A stretch of 64,000 bases of DNA from Nitrospinaceae bacterium (GCA_965223665.1 OZ245011.1:480001-544000), one strand, 5' to 3'. Shown: positions 21,251-31,589, numbered from the stretch's first letter. A program made the numbers and translations. Notes: generated by a model from the sequence alone, not told the origin.

Positions 21251-22159
21251 ATGGATGATATTGAATCAAAAATAGATGCGTTGGAAAGAGACAAATTGGT
21301 TTCATTGATCCAAGAGAACGCAGTGCGTATTAAGCGTATAAAAATAAAGTTTACCAAATTTAATAAAAAAGATTCTTTAGAGCATTGGCAAAAATATTAT
21401 GAATCCTATGATCGACTTATACGCAATATTCCAAAGGAAATATTTCGGATTGAAAGAGAGGTTCGGGCAAAATTTTTAAGTGATTTGACACCCGAGAGGG
21501 TTCTAAAATTAAAGAGCTTTATTAATTCTGAAGCTCAATTGCAGTTTGAAAAGTTAGAAAAGGAATGTGGAATAGAATTTCAAAAGATGGGTCATCAGAA
21601 GGATTTTGAAGATCTAGTTCAAAAAACCCGATTAAAAGTAAAAAAAGGCATTGAAGAGCAACTAGAAAAGTGTGAACAGGTTATAAAAAAAGAAACATCT
21701 GAATCGGGAAAACTGAAAATTGATGAGGTTTGTAAAATTTACAATATCAAAGAATCAATTTTGCATGAACTCAATATTTTAGAAGTTCTCCAAGACATAA
21801 ATATTGCCATGAATAAAATGAGAGAAAAGAATGGCGGAGATTCGGTAGTTAATGAAATCCAGTCTTCTTTTAGGGAAATGCTTTCAAATATTCAAAATGA
21901 AACAGTTCAAACTTCCGGTTCTGTTGAAGCTAGAAAGCTTAGAAAAATTCAAGTGGCTCGAGAATCCTTAATGTTTAGGGACTTAATGGTTAATTGTCAA
22001 TACATGTTGAGCCAGGCAGTCTTATCCAGGCAACCTAAAAATATGGAAATAATTGGAAAAATATGGTCTAAAATAGAGGAAATATTAGAGACGGGTAGAA
22101 AAGATTGGTCTCAATATATTTCTAAATTTGAAAAATTATTTCAGTTTATTCAGGAATAA
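21251..22159 (+). CDS. Hypothetical alpha-helical protein
   Basis: 302-aa ORF in an apparent operon, charged and helical. No recognised motif. Confidence 0.75.
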   Translation: MDDIESKIDALERDKLVSLIQENAVRIKRIKIKFTKFNKKDSLEHWQKYYESYDRLIRNIPKEIFRIEREVRAKFLSDLTPERVLKLKSFINSEAQLQFEKLEKECGIEFQKMGHQKDFEDLVQKTRLKVKKGIEEQLEKCEQVIKKETSESGKLKIDEVCKIYNIKESILHELNILEVLQDINIAMNKMREKNGGDSVVNEIQSSFREMLSNIQNETVQTSGSVEARKLRKIQVARESLMFRDLMVNCQYMLSQAVLSRQPKNMEIIGKIWSKIEEILETGRKDWSQYISKFEKLFQFIQE

Positions 22160-22166
22160 TAGGCCC

Positions 22167-23153
22167 ATGATTTTTATTAAATCAAATTATAAGTTTTATG
22201 TCCTAATATTATTTTTCCTGATAAGTACTTTGGGTTCTGGCTGCACTTTATTAAATGTAAACTTAGTTCCTCCAATTTCTCCCTTAAAAGAAAAAGTAAT
22301 TTTTGGTAAGGGAAATGATAAGGTTTTATTGATTGATATTGATGGAGTAATTGGAAATAAAAAGAAGGAATCCTCTCTAGGCAGTACCACCGAAGTTGGT
22401 TTAGTCGAGAGGGTTCGTGAAGTTTTAAAAAAGGCAAAGGAAGATAATGAAATTAAGGGAATTATCCTTAGGATAAATAGTCCGGGTGGAACGGTTACTT
22501 CAAGTGATGTGATTTATCATGAATTAAAGGTTTTTAAAGAGGAAAAAAATATTAAGTCTTACACTATGATAATGGATCTTGCGGCCTCGGGTGGATATTA
22601 CATAGCACAAGCTTCGGATAAAATATTTGCCCATCCCACTAGTCTGACGGGAAGCATAGGTGTGATTGCCTTAAAGGTTAATTTGGATGAATTGATGGAT
22701 AAAATTGGCGTTGATCTTGAAGTCGTGAAATCCGGAGATAAAAAGGACTTTTTGTCACCCTTTAGGCCGCTAACAAAAGAAGAGCGGGTTTTGTTCCAGG
22801 ACACAATCGATAGTTTTCATAAAAGGTTTGTTCAGATCATTGCTAATAATCGAAAGATGCTGAGTTTTGCGGAAATTGAAAAATTGGCCGATGGACGTGT
22901 TTATACAGCTGAACAGGCATTAAACGAAAAATTGATTGATCAAATTGTATATTTGGATGAGGCCATAGAATTGGTCCAAAAAGATTTGAAATTAAATGAA
23001 ATTAAAGTAGTAACCTATCACCGCCCAGGTGATTATAAAAATAACTTGTATTCTGCTGTACCTAAAAGTCCTTCCATTAATGTTTTAAATTTTAATATTA
23101 ATCTCCTTCCTCACTCCACCGAACCCAATTTTTTGTACATGTGGATGCCTTAA
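22167..23153 (+). CDS. sppA: Signal peptide peptidase SppA (36K type), probable lipoprotein
   Basis: INSPGG, AASGGYY, TGSIGV, KSGDKKD, ADGRVYTA. Lipobox-like GSGC. Confidence 0.92.
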   Translation: MIFIKSNYKFYVLILFFLISTLGSGCTLLNVNLVPPISPLKEKVIFGKGNDKVLLIDIDGVIGNKKKESSLGSTTEVGLVERVREVLKKAKEDNEIKGIILRINSPGGTVTSSDVIYHELKVFKEEKNIKSYTMIMDLAASGGYYIAQASDKIFAHPTSLTGSIGVIALKVNLDELMDKIGVDLEVVKSGDKKDFLSPFRPLTKEERVLFQDTIDSFHKRFVQIIANNRKMLSFAEIEKLADGRVYTAEQALNEKLIDQIVYLDEAIELVQKDLKLNEIKVVTYHRPGDYKNNLYSAVPKSPSINVLNFNINLLPHSTEPNFLYMWMP

Positions 23154-23286
23154 GTTACCTGTTATCAAAACAATTAGAAAATTATTGTTGTTAGGATGGG
23201 TAGTAAGTTGACCTTGGAGAAGCTTTTACTTACCATAAAATATAGGGCCTCTTATCTATTTAAAATCAAAAGGTTACTTGTATTTA

Positions 23287-25239
23287 ATGGGAAATCCAAT
23301 TTCCGAATATCGATTTTTAATTGTTGATGACGACAATGATGATTTTTTCCTGATAAAAGAATTATTAAAGGAGGGAAAGTTTGATTTTGAAGTTGTTATT
23401 AAACAGTTATCCGACCCTAAAGATATTTTTGAGTCGTTAAGGAAAAATAACTTTGACCTTTGTTTTATTGATTATTATTTGGGGAAAAGTAATGGTATTG
23501 AGATTATTCAATCTATTAGAGATCAGGATTACACAATACCAATTATCTTGTTAACCGGAAGAGGAGATTCCGATACTGCGGTTCGAGCGATTAAAGCTGG
23601 GGCAAATGACTATTTAGAAAAATCGGATTTGTCGGTTGATAACCTTTCCAAACTAATTAATATTACCTTAAAAAGTTATAAGGAAGAAAAGCAAAGGCGA
23701 GAATTTGAAAAAGCTTTTTATAATCAGGGATTATTGTTGCAGGGAGTATCGGAAGCGGCAACCCGCTTATTGACAATACACGATCATGAATTGGGGATAA
23801 AAGAAGCTTTGTCAATTTTAGGAAAAGCTTCTAAAGTGGACTATGCTTTTATATTTAATGATCACCCTCATCCGAAAAACGGAGAGAATGCTTTTAGTTT
23901 AAAGTATTCTTGGAGCCTTAGTAATAATTGCAATTTTACAGATAGCTTACGAAATCTTTCCCATAGAAATCTTGGGATATCAAAAATTCATCAGGAACTA
24001 GCTTCGGGCCAAGTGGTAACAAAATTAATCGATGAACTTCCCCAAGGATTGGCATTACATTTTTCCAAACTGGAAATTAAATCCGTAATTTTTGTACCCA
24101 TTAAAATTGATTTTATTCTTTGGGGGACCTTATCCTTTGCGGATAGTATTGGTTATAGAGTTTGGTCCCCTGAAGAGATTTCCATTTTAAAGACCATGGC
24201 CTCCAGTATTGGAGGGAAATTAAAAAGAACCCAGGATGACCTGGCTTTTCGGTCTATTGTTCAAGGAATTTCTTCCTTCACTGGAAACGATTTTTTTCAA
24301 TCTTTAGTACGAAATTTAGCTACAGCTCTTCCCGTAAGATGCGCATTTGTAAGTGAAATTCTAGATTATTCCAAGAGTAGGTGCCGCGTAATAGCAGGAT
24401 GTAATGGGTTTGAAAATATAGAAAATTTTGAGTTTGATTTACTCAACACACCTTTTGAAGATATGTTGGCAGGATTATTTAGTTATTATCCGGACTATGT
24501 TCAGGAAATTTTTCCCAATGAAGAAATATTTAAAAAATTTCGGGCCAATAGTTTTGCAGGAGTTCCTTTTTTTGATTCAAACTCTAAAGTTATTGGTCAC
24601 TTGTCAGTTTTGGATGATAGGCCGATTGAAGATAAAAACCGAACAAGCTCCATATTACAGATTTTTGCATCTCGTGCTGGAGCTGAATTAGAGCGTAAGC
24701 GAGCGGATGAAACAATTAAAAGTTTAGCTTATTATGATTCCTTGACGGGTCTTCCAAACCGAATTTTGTTAAACGATAGAATAAACTTGACTCTGGAAAG
24801 AGCCAAAAGACACAATCAAAATTTTGCATTGATGTTTTTAGACTTTGATCATTTTAAAGAAATTAATGATAACTATGGTCACTCTGTCGGTGATTTTTTA
24901 TTAAAAAGTGTGGCAGACCGTCTTATTCAAAGTATCCGTGGTCAGGATACAGTCGCTAGACTGGGAGGCGACGAGTTTATTTTATTATTTCCTGAAATCA
25001 GTCAACCTGCTGATGCTAAACTTATTGCCGAGAAGATTCTTGAGCTAGGGCGAGAACCAATGAAAATTGAGGGCAAGCTTATAAAAATATCATTTAGCAT
25101 TGGGATTGCTATTTTTCCATTTGATGGAAATGATTCTAAAGAACTTACCTTAAATGCAGATCAGGCCTTATACATTGCTAAAAATAATGGGCGGGATTCC
25201 TACCATTTTGCTTCTTCTAGTCTATTAACGTACAAATAA
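23287..25239 (+). CDS. Response regulator diguanylate cyclase (REC-GAF-GAF-GGDEF)
   Basis: REC (IVDDD, FIDYYLG, LTG, YLEK), two GAF-like segments, YDSLTGLPNR, RGQD I-site, RLGGDEF. Confidence 0.9.
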   Translation: MGNPISEYRFLIVDDDNDDFFLIKELLKEGKFDFEVVIKQLSDPKDIFESLRKNNFDLCFIDYYLGKSNGIEIIQSIRDQDYTIPIILLTGRGDSDTAVRAIKAGANDYLEKSDLSVDNLSKLINITLKSYKEEKQRREFEKAFYNQGLLLQGVSEAATRLLTIHDHELGIKEALSILGKASKVDYAFIFNDHPHPKNGENAFSLKYSWSLSNNCNFTDSLRNLSHRNLGISKIHQELASGQVVTKLIDELPQGLALHFSKLEIKSVIFVPIKIDFILWGTLSFADSIGYRVWSPEEISILKTMASSIGGKLKRTQDDLAFRSIVQGISSFTGNDFFQSLVRNLATALPVRCAFVSEILDYSKSRCRVIAGCNGFENIENFEFDLLNTPFEDMLAGLFSYYPDYVQEIFPNEEIFKKFRANSFAGVPFFDSNSKVIGHLSVLDDRPIEDKNRTSSILQIFASRAGAELERKRADETIKSLAYYDSLTGLPNRILLNDRINLTLERAKRHNQNFALMFLDFDHFKEINDNYGHSVGDFLLKSVADRLIQSIRGQDTVARLGGDEFILLFPEISQPADAKLIAEKILELGREPMKIEGKLIKISFSIGIAIFPFDGNDSKELTLNADQALYIAKNNGRDSYHFASSSLLTYK

Positions 25240-25307
25240 AAATATTGTTGACTTTCCTTGGTTTTCCCCTTAGAAATGAGACTATTTCATAAAATAGGGA
25301 ACCCAAA

Positions 25308-25979
25308 ATGTTTATTTTAAATTCCATTAATATTGGAAAGTCTGCGGAAGTTCCATACGACGGGAATAAAACCTTCCGGTCTTCAATATTAAAGAAGCCG
25401 GTTAATGGAAAAATATTTGTAGATGCTTTAGGTTTGGATGGAGACTCAGTTACCAATAAATCCGTTCATGGTGGAGTTGACAAAGCCATTTGTTTGTATT
25501 GTGAAGACCATTTCCCTTATTGGGAGAATAGAGTTCAACAAAATATTAACCCTGGAGCATTTGGAGAAAACTTTACTATTAAAGGAATAACTGAAGAGGG
25601 GCTTCAAATTGGTGATAGCATTCAAATAGGAGATGTTGAATTACAAATTTCACAACCTCGACAGCCCTGTCAGAATTTGGTTAAAAAATTTGGCGTTCCT
25701 AAACTAGCACAAATGATAACAGCAACTGGTTTCTCAGGTTTTTATTGTCGTGTTATCCAGCCAGGATGGATAGAGTCCGGGATGACATGCAGTATAAATG
25801 AAACAACAGGTGAAAAAGTTACTCTGTCTGAAGCAAATAGAATTTTTTACAAAGATAAGGAAAATATAGAAGCTATTAAGAAATTATTAAGTATAGAAGC
25901 CCTTTCTGATAGTTGGCAAGGTTATCTAAAGGAGAGACTCAATAAATTAATCCCAAATGAGATTTCCCATAAGAGTTAA
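25308..25979 (+). CDS. MOSC-domain protein (YiiM-like, with 3-alpha domain)
   Basis: HGGVDKA, GAFGEN, SQPRQPC, GFYCRVIQPG, LSDSW. Confidence 0.9.
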   Translation: MFILNSINIGKSAEVPYDGNKTFRSSILKKPVNGKIFVDALGLDGDSVTNKSVHGGVDKAICLYCEDHFPYWENRVQQNINPGAFGENFTIKGITEEGLQIGDSIQIGDVELQISQPRQPCQNLVKKFGVPKLAQMITATGFSGFYCRVIQPGWIESGMTCSINETTGEKVTLSEANRIFYKDKENIEAIKKLLSIEALSDSWQGYLKERLNKLIPNEISHKS

Positions 25980-25991
25980 AAATCATTCCTG

Positions 25992-26564
25992 ATGAGTTCC
26001 CTTTTTCCTCCGGTACAATCCCTAGAACAATGGACGTCTGAATTAAAATTATTATTGAAACCAGATGTTAATACAGAAGTTGTGCATTGCTTATTTTTTC
26101 ATTTGGTGGACTTGGGTATGTTTAAAAAAATCGGGTTAAATGATTGGACACTCGCAAATGAAAAATATGAAAATGAGGATTCCATAAATAAATTGCTAAG
26201 CGCAGAACTGCAAAAATATAGTGATACCCCCGAGGGATTTGCAATTGGATATTTTATCTCTGAGTGCGTTGATCCTACACTGCCATATTTTTTAAAGGAT
26301 ACAAAAGTAAGAATTAAACCAGCTAAGAAGAAAGCTCATCTTTCGAAAAGTTCTGACTTAAGTAATCTTCAAATAGTAAAAAAATATGGAAAGCAGGTTG
26401 AGGAATTTATTGAGTTTGAAAAAATATGCACAGAGAAATTAGTAGGCCCCAATACTCCAAAAGGGAATGCAAGAAAGATTTTCAATTATATCCTGCCCAA
26501 AATTCAAAAAAAAGTTACTCCAAGACCTTGGGAACAGTTGAGCCGCAGACGTCATAAAAAATGA
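25992..26564 (+). CDS. Hypothetical protein
   Basis: 190-aa ORF co-oriented between MOSC and lpdA. No motif recognised. Confidence 0.65.
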   Translation: MSSLFPPVQSLEQWTSELKLLLKPDVNTEVVHCLFFHLVDLGMFKKIGLNDWTLANEKYENEDSINKLLSAELQKYSDTPEGFAIGYFISECVDPTLPYFLKDTKVRIKPAKKKAHLSKSSDLSNLQIVKKYGKQVEEFIEFEKICTEKLVGPNTPKGNARKIFNYILPKIQKKVTPRPWEQLSRRRHKK

Positions 26565-26645
26565 GTTAGAAAATAAATGATTTTGGTGTTTCGGTTTAAA
26601 TGGGATAAAATTTCCCCTTCATTTTACTCTTGAGAAAGTGTTTTC

Positions 26646-28049
26646 ATGGACAAAAAAAATGTTGTCATAATTGGTGCTGGCCCTGGAGGATATACTGCCG
26701 CTTTTTTAGCTGCAGATAAGGGTTTAAATGTCACATTAATAAATGAGGAAAAGTCTTTAGGAGGCGTTTGTTTGCAAAGGGGTTGTATTCCTTCTAAGGC
26801 TTTGCTGCATGCGGCAAAATTGATAACTGATGCAAGAGATGCAAATGAAATCGGTTTGAATTTTTCTTTAGAAAGTTTGAATTTAGAAAAACTTAGGGCT
26901 TGGAAAAATCAAGTGGTAAAAAAAATGACTGGAGGGTTAGCGCAGCTTTGCAAACAACGTGGCATAAATTATGTTGTTGGTCGAGCTCAATTTGTCAATT
27001 CGAGTGAATTGAAGATTATTGGTGGCGATGCCATCAAATTTGATTATGCCATCATAGCCGTTGGCTCAATCCCTCACATTCCTGAATCTTTTAATGATAT
27101 TAGCACTAGAATAATGGATTCCACTTCAGCATTAGACTTAGAAGAAATTCCAAATCGATTGTTAGTTGTCGGGGGAGGGTATATTGGTTTGGAAATGGGG
27201 ACGGTTTTTTCTTCTTTAGGCACAAAAGTTAGTGTTATTGAAATGATGGACGGGCTACTCCCAGGGGTGGATCAAGATTTAGTAAGAATTCTTCAAGTGC
27301 GTTTGAGAAAAGAGTTTGAATCGATTCTCCTGAAATCAAAAGTTTCCTCGATTACAGAAATCAAAAATGAATTAGAAGTTTCCTTTGAAACCGAGTCAGG
27401 AATTCAAAAACAGAATTTTGACCGTGTTTTGATTTCAATAGGAAGAATACCGAATAGCGAAAACTTGGGTTTAGAAAATACTGGTGTTGGAATTGATAAA
27501 AAGGGATTTATTACTGTTAACGAACATTTACAAACACATGAATCATCGATTTTTGCTATAGGTGATGTTATTGGCGGTGCTATGTTAGCCCACAAAGCAG
27601 CCCATGAAGGAAAAAAAGTTGTAGAATATATTTTGGGTCATACAACAAACAAAACTAATTCAAATACTGTCCCAGCAGTGGTATTCACAGATCCAGAAAT
27701 TGCCTGGTGTGGGGTCACGGAGGACCAGGCCAAGGCCGATAATTTGAACTATACGGTTGCCAAATTCCCTTGGGGAGCATCCGGGCGTGCTACGGCAATG
27801 AGCAGGAATGATGGACAAACCAAATTAATACTAGAAAAAGAAACAGGGATTATTTTGGGAGTGGGAATTGTGGGGGTGGGGGCCGGAGAGCTTATATCAG
27901 AGGGTATTCTAGCGGTGGATCAAAAAATGACAGGGAAAGATTTAGCTGAAAGAATTCATCCTCATCCAACCTTATCTGAAACTATTATGGAAGCCGCTGA
28001 AGTTCATGAAGGTTTTCCTACGCACATTTTTAAGAGGCCGCGCAGGTGA
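26646..28049 (+). CDS. lpdA: Dihydrolipoamide dehydrogenase
   Basis: GAGPGGY, GGVCLQRGCIPSK, GGGYIGLE, LAHKA, HPHPTLSE. Confidence 0.95.
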   Translation: MDKKNVVIIGAGPGGYTAAFLAADKGLNVTLINEEKSLGGVCLQRGCIPSKALLHAAKLITDARDANEIGLNFSLESLNLEKLRAWKNQVVKKMTGGLAQLCKQRGINYVVGRAQFVNSSELKIIGGDAIKFDYAIIAVGSIPHIPESFNDISTRIMDSTSALDLEEIPNRLLVVGGGYIGLEMGTVFSSLGTKVSVIEMMDGLLPGVDQDLVRILQVRLRKEFESILLKSKVSSITEIKNELEVSFETESGIQKQNFDRVLISIGRIPNSENLGLENTGVGIDKKGFITVNEHLQTHESSIFAIGDVIGGAMLAHKAAHEGKKVVEYILGHTTNKTNSNTVPAVVFTDPEIAWCGVTEDQAKADNLNYTVAKFPWGASGRATAMSRNDGQTKLILEKETGIILGVGIVGVGAGELISEGILAVDQKMTGKDLAERIHPHPTLSETIMEAAEVHEGFPTHIFKRPRR

Positions 28050-28074
28050 ACAAAATAAATTCTATTTAACAAGA

Positions 28075-29082
28075 TTAGGACGCTGGTTTGGAGTGAGTCA
28101 ACATGTCCTTAATCCCCCCAATGGAACTCAAAATTCCAGTTGCTTCATAAGGTAGATAAATTACTTTGTTGTCCTTTCCCGTTACCATTTCACCTAAAGT
28201 CTCTATATAGCGGACCGCTATTAAATAATTGGCCGGATCTGTGTCAGCATTCTTTAAAGAAGCTGTAATTTTTTCTATGGCTTCTGCTTCCGCCTGAGCC
28301 ACCTTTATTCTTGCTTGAGCCTCTCCCTCTGCCTTTAATATGGCGGCTTGTTTTTCACCCTCAGCTCTATTGATTTCGGATTCTTTTACGCCTTCAGCCT
28401 GCAAAATAGCTGCCCGTTTTTCACCCTCGGCTTCTAAAATGGATGCCCGACGGTCTCTTTCCGCTCGCATTTGTTTTTCCATAGCATCCTGGATATCTTT
28501 TGGGGGGTTTATATCCTGAAGTTCTACTCGATTTGTTTTTACACCCCACTTGTCCGTTGCATCATCTAAAATGCCGCGCAATTTATTATTGATTGTATCC
28601 CGAGAGGCTAAACACTCATCCAAATCCAATTCCCCAATAACATTTCTTAAAGTTGTTTGAGTCAGTTTTTCCAATGCCTCGGGAAGATTGAAAATTTCGT
28701 ATACGGTTTTGAATGGATCAATAATTTGAAAATACAAAAGGGCGTTTATTTCAATACCAACATTATCCTTAGTGATTACATTTTGCCTGGGAAAATCATA
28801 AACAGTTTCTCTTAGGTCAATTTTGCTGATAATGGATTTGTAGACATATGATTTTCCGCTTCCGGGGTCTATTTGGGTGTACCTCCAATGAATTTTTCTT
28901 GGAACATCTACTAAAGGAATAATTAAATTAATTCCACTATTTAAGGTCCTATGATACCTTCCTAATCGCTCAATAACCATGGTCTCGGCTTGTTGAACAA
29001 TAATAAAACCCTTGGAGATAAAAATTACAACTAAAAATATTATTGCTCCCGCAATTATTAAGGTGGGTTCCATATTTTCCAT
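28075..29082 (-). CDS. SPFH/stomatin-family membrane protein (QmcA-like)
   Basis: N-terminal TM, IERLGRY, QNVITKDNV, TTLRNVIG, MEKQMRAER, AEG repeats. Confidence 0.93.
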   Translation of the reverse strand: MENMEPTLIIAGAIIFLVVIFISKGFIIVQQAETMVIERLGRYHRTLNSGINLIIPLVDVPRKIHWRYTQIDPGSGKSYVYKSIISKIDLRETVYDFPRQNVITKDNVGIEINALLYFQIIDPFKTVYEIFNLPEALEKLTQTTLRNVIGELDLDECLASRDTINNKLRGILDDATDKWGVKTNRVELQDINPPKDIQDAMEKQMRAERDRRASILEAEGEKRAAILQAEGVKESEINRAEGEKQAAILKAEGEAQARIKVAQAEAEAIEKITASLKNADTDPANYLIAVRYIETLGEMVTGKDNKVIYLPYEATGILSSIGGIKDMLTHSKPAS

Positions 29083-29093
29083 GAATCAGCCTT

Positions 29094-29531
29094 TCAATTA
29101 ATTTTTTCCACGTAAACCGTGGCTCCTTCAATTTTTTTTACCACAACTTCTTGATTTTTTTCGATATCAAGATTATCTAGAGATTTAGCCCGCCAATCCT
29201 CTCCATTGATTTGAACACGGCCAGAATTTTTTAGGTTTTGAATTTTTTCAATGACGTTTGCAGTTTTTCCTTCGAGAGCAGAAACGCCATGCAGTCGTTT
29301 TGAACTTGATCTATACAATAATTCCTTTAGTTTAGGACGGAATCCAAAAAAGAAAATTAACGAAATGACGGCAAATGAAATGGTTTGAATTTCTAATTCA
29401 TAACCTAACCATGTAGCAATCCCCCCAGCGAATGCTCCCATTCCAAAGCTGGCAAGGCTGAATTCCATGGTTAAAATTTCTAAACCAAACAAAACTATTC
29501 CTGCAATAAACCAATAGTGTACGGGTTCCAT
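29094..29531 (-). CDS. NfeD-family membrane protein
   Basis: TM helices plus OB fold (GRVQINGEDWRA). Adjacent to SPFH gene. Confidence 0.9.
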   Translation of the reverse strand: MEPVHYWFIAGIVLFGLEILTMEFSLASFGMGAFAGGIATWLGYELEIQTISFAVISLIFFFGFRPKLKELLYRSSSKRLHGVSALEGKTANVIEKIQNLKNSGRVQINGEDWRAKSLDNLDIEKNQEVVVKKIEGATVYVEKIN

Positions 29532-29662
29532 AAAAGCACCAACGGATTTTAAGGAATTATTATTTATTTTAACAATGAGCTAAAAAGTCATTAGTCAAAA
29601 ATTTCTGCAAAGTAGCTTATGATAAAAAAAGAATTTTGTAAAAGAAATATTTTTTAAAAAAT

Positions 29663-29944
29663 TTATATATCTATTATGTCATCATCCTTCGGTCTTTGGG
29701 GAGACCGTTGAAAATTCGGATTTTGTGGGAAAGGAAATTTTGAAGTGGGAGACATATGATTTTGTTTACGTCTGCCAAAAAGATTTGCAATCCAGGTAAC
29801 CACACCACCACCAATGGCAATAAAAAGAAATGTAACCCCAAAAAGAAAAAGTGCGGCAACAGCCATAATTATGGTAACAAAAAGGATGATTTTGGTCCCA
29901 AGTGGCATTTGCCTGAAAGGGTGATTCGAAGAAAAAATAAACAT
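29663..29944 (-). CDS. Small membrane protein (start may be 29908)
   Basis: Hydrophobic hairpin and C-terminal DDDIIDI tail. Confidence 0.6.
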   Translation of the reverse strand: MFIFSSNHPFRQMPLGTKIILFVTIIMAVAALFLFGVTFLFIAIGGGVVTWIANLFGRRKQNHMSPTSKFPFPQNPNFQRSPQRPKDDDIIDI

Positions 29945-30002
29945 TAGTGATCCTAACGGAATAATATTTTATAATAGGTCAAATTTAACCTAATGAGACT
30001 TT

Positions 30003-30212
30003 ATGGAAAAAGATATTTTTATCATTGATTGCTCAAATTGCGGAGCAAAAAACAGGGTAAAATCTTATTCTCCTGATAAGATTCCCGTATGTGCGAAATG
30101 TCGGACCCCATTGGTTGAAAAAGATAAAAATGAAGCCCATGCCAAGTATGCTAAAAACTTGAAAAATTTTTATAATTTACCTGACTTTGGAGCACGTCCC
30201 CCAAAGTCTTAA
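30003..30212 (+). CDS. Stand-alone Cys4 zinc-finger protein (TrxC N-terminal-like)
   Basis: CSNCGAKNRV...PVCAKCRTPL. Confidence 0.7.
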   Translation: MEKDIFIIDCSNCGAKNRVKSYSPDKIPVCAKCRTPLVEKDKNEAHAKYAKNLKNFYNLPDFGARPPKS

Positions 30213-30241
30213 AATTAACCTTATTGTATCGAAAAATCATA

Positions 30242-30532
30242 ATGGATGAAACTGTTCAAATTATAGACAATATATTGAAAGAAAAGTTAGATGCTCAACA
30301 CGTTGAAATTATTGATGAAAGTTATCTACATCGTGGTCATAAAGCCGCAGGAGGGGGAGGGCACTATGCGGTGGTTGTTGTGTCTGAAAAATTTAAGAAT
30401 GTTAACTTAATTGATCAACGCCGGCTGGTGTATTCTGCACTCGACGATCAAATTAATGGGACCCCTAAATTAATACACGCGTTGCAAATTAAAACTCTGA
30501 CTCCGGAGGAGTGGAAAAGTATCAAAAACTAA
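30242..30532 (+). CDS. bolA: BolA-family protein
   Basis: DESYLHRGH, HYAVVVVSEKF, QRRLVY, IHALQIKT.TPEEW. Confidence 0.9.
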   Translation: MDETVQIIDNILKEKLDAQHVEIIDESYLHRGHKAAGGGGHYAVVVVSEKFKNVNLIDQRRLVYSALDDQINGTPKLIHALQIKTLTPEEWKSIKN

Positions 30533-30934
30533 TTTCAAACTTGGTTTTTCTAAAGGGATATAATAAAAATTTAACTTTCCCCGAAAAATCGATTCCTTTT
30601 CCTCAATATAGTAGGCACGATTTTTCCAGTATAGTAGTCCAGCCTCTAAATCCATTTTTATAGGCTGACCTAAATTTCCTGCGTATCCTACTCTTGTATG
30701 ACTTACCCAATATCTTCCCACCAAAAACGGATCTTCAGTAGCTCCACAAAGGCCAATATGTTTTTTGAAAAAAGCATTAGCAACGTAAGAAGCTTCATTA
30801 ATATTTGATTGAAATGAAATGTTTGTTACAGGAGAAACAACATTACTTTTTTGCGTGCAACCTATTCCAAAGAATAGAATAATAAGAATCGAATGTGTTT
30901 TAAATCTAGAAGCTAAATTGATAAACAATCTCAT
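30470..30934 (-). CDS. Hypothetical lipoprotein
   Basis: Hydrophobic stretch and GIGC lipobox-like motif. 3' end overlaps bolA convergently by 63 nt. Confidence 0.5.
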   Translation of the reverse strand: MRLFINLASRFKTHSILIILFFGIGCTQKSNVVSPVTNISFQSNINEASYVANAFFKKHIGLCGATEDPFLVGRYWVSHTRVGYAGNLGQPIKMDLEAGLLYWKNRAYYIEEKESIFRGKLNFYYIPLEKPSLKLVFDTFPLLRSQSFNLQRVY

Positions 30935-30992
30935 TTTCTACTCTTTTAGGAGAATCTAAGGATAATTTAATTTTGTAGTATTGGGTATTTAA

Positions 30993-31472
30993 TTATTCAC
31001 GATATATTTCCAGTTCCTCACAATTTTTTAAATTTTCGGATTCCATAAGTGCTTTTATTCCACTATTTGTAAACTGATTTTTATATAGATCTAATTTAAG
31101 CAATTTTTTACTGTTAGGCGATTCTGCAAAAGCTTTTGCTCCCTCATCTCCAATAACATTTCCAAAGAGGGATAAATATTTTAACTTGGGAAAATTAGAT
31201 GAATTCGCTAGTGCAATGGCACCATCATCCCCAATTTCATTATGGTTCAAATTTAATGTTTCCACGTTTATTAAATAGGGACAATCTGCAATTGCCTCCG
31301 CACCTTCATCACTGGCTTGATTAGCAGAATAGGTCAGATTTTTTACGGTTTTTAATTCTTCACATTTACAAAATTCGAAGGTTCCTCGTAGACCTATATT
31401 TTTATCTCTAAGATTGAGAATGGTTCCATCCTCACTTATAGATGCTTTAATTAATTCTTGAATCCGGCTCAT
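30993..31472 (-). CDS. Leucine-rich-repeat protein (RI-like, 27-aa repeats)
   Basis: LxLxxNxIGDxGAxAL(A) units, e.g. LNLNHNEIGDDGAIALANS, LSLFGNVIGDEGAKAFAES. Confidence 0.88.
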   Translation of the reverse strand: MSRIQELIKASISEDGTILNLRDKNIGLRGTFEFCKCEELKTVKNLTYSANQASDEGAEAIADCPYLINVETLNLNHNEIGDDGAIALANSSNFPKLKYLSLFGNVIGDEGAKAFAESPNSKKLLKLDLYKNQFTNSGIKALMESENLKNCEELEIYRE

Positions 31473-31557
31473 ACGTTACTCCCAAAGTACAATAAATGTT
31501 TGTTTTTATGGTCAGGAGTATCTTATCAAAATAGAAAAAAAATGAGATAAAAACTTT

Positions 31558-31589
31558 AAAAAAATCGGCAGAGGAATTGCCCTCTGCCG
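31558..31589 (-). terminator. Intrinsic terminator after diheme cytochrome paralog 2
   Basis: CGGCAGAGG/CCTCTGCCG stem next to an A-run (U-tract on the minus strand). Confidence 0.75.
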
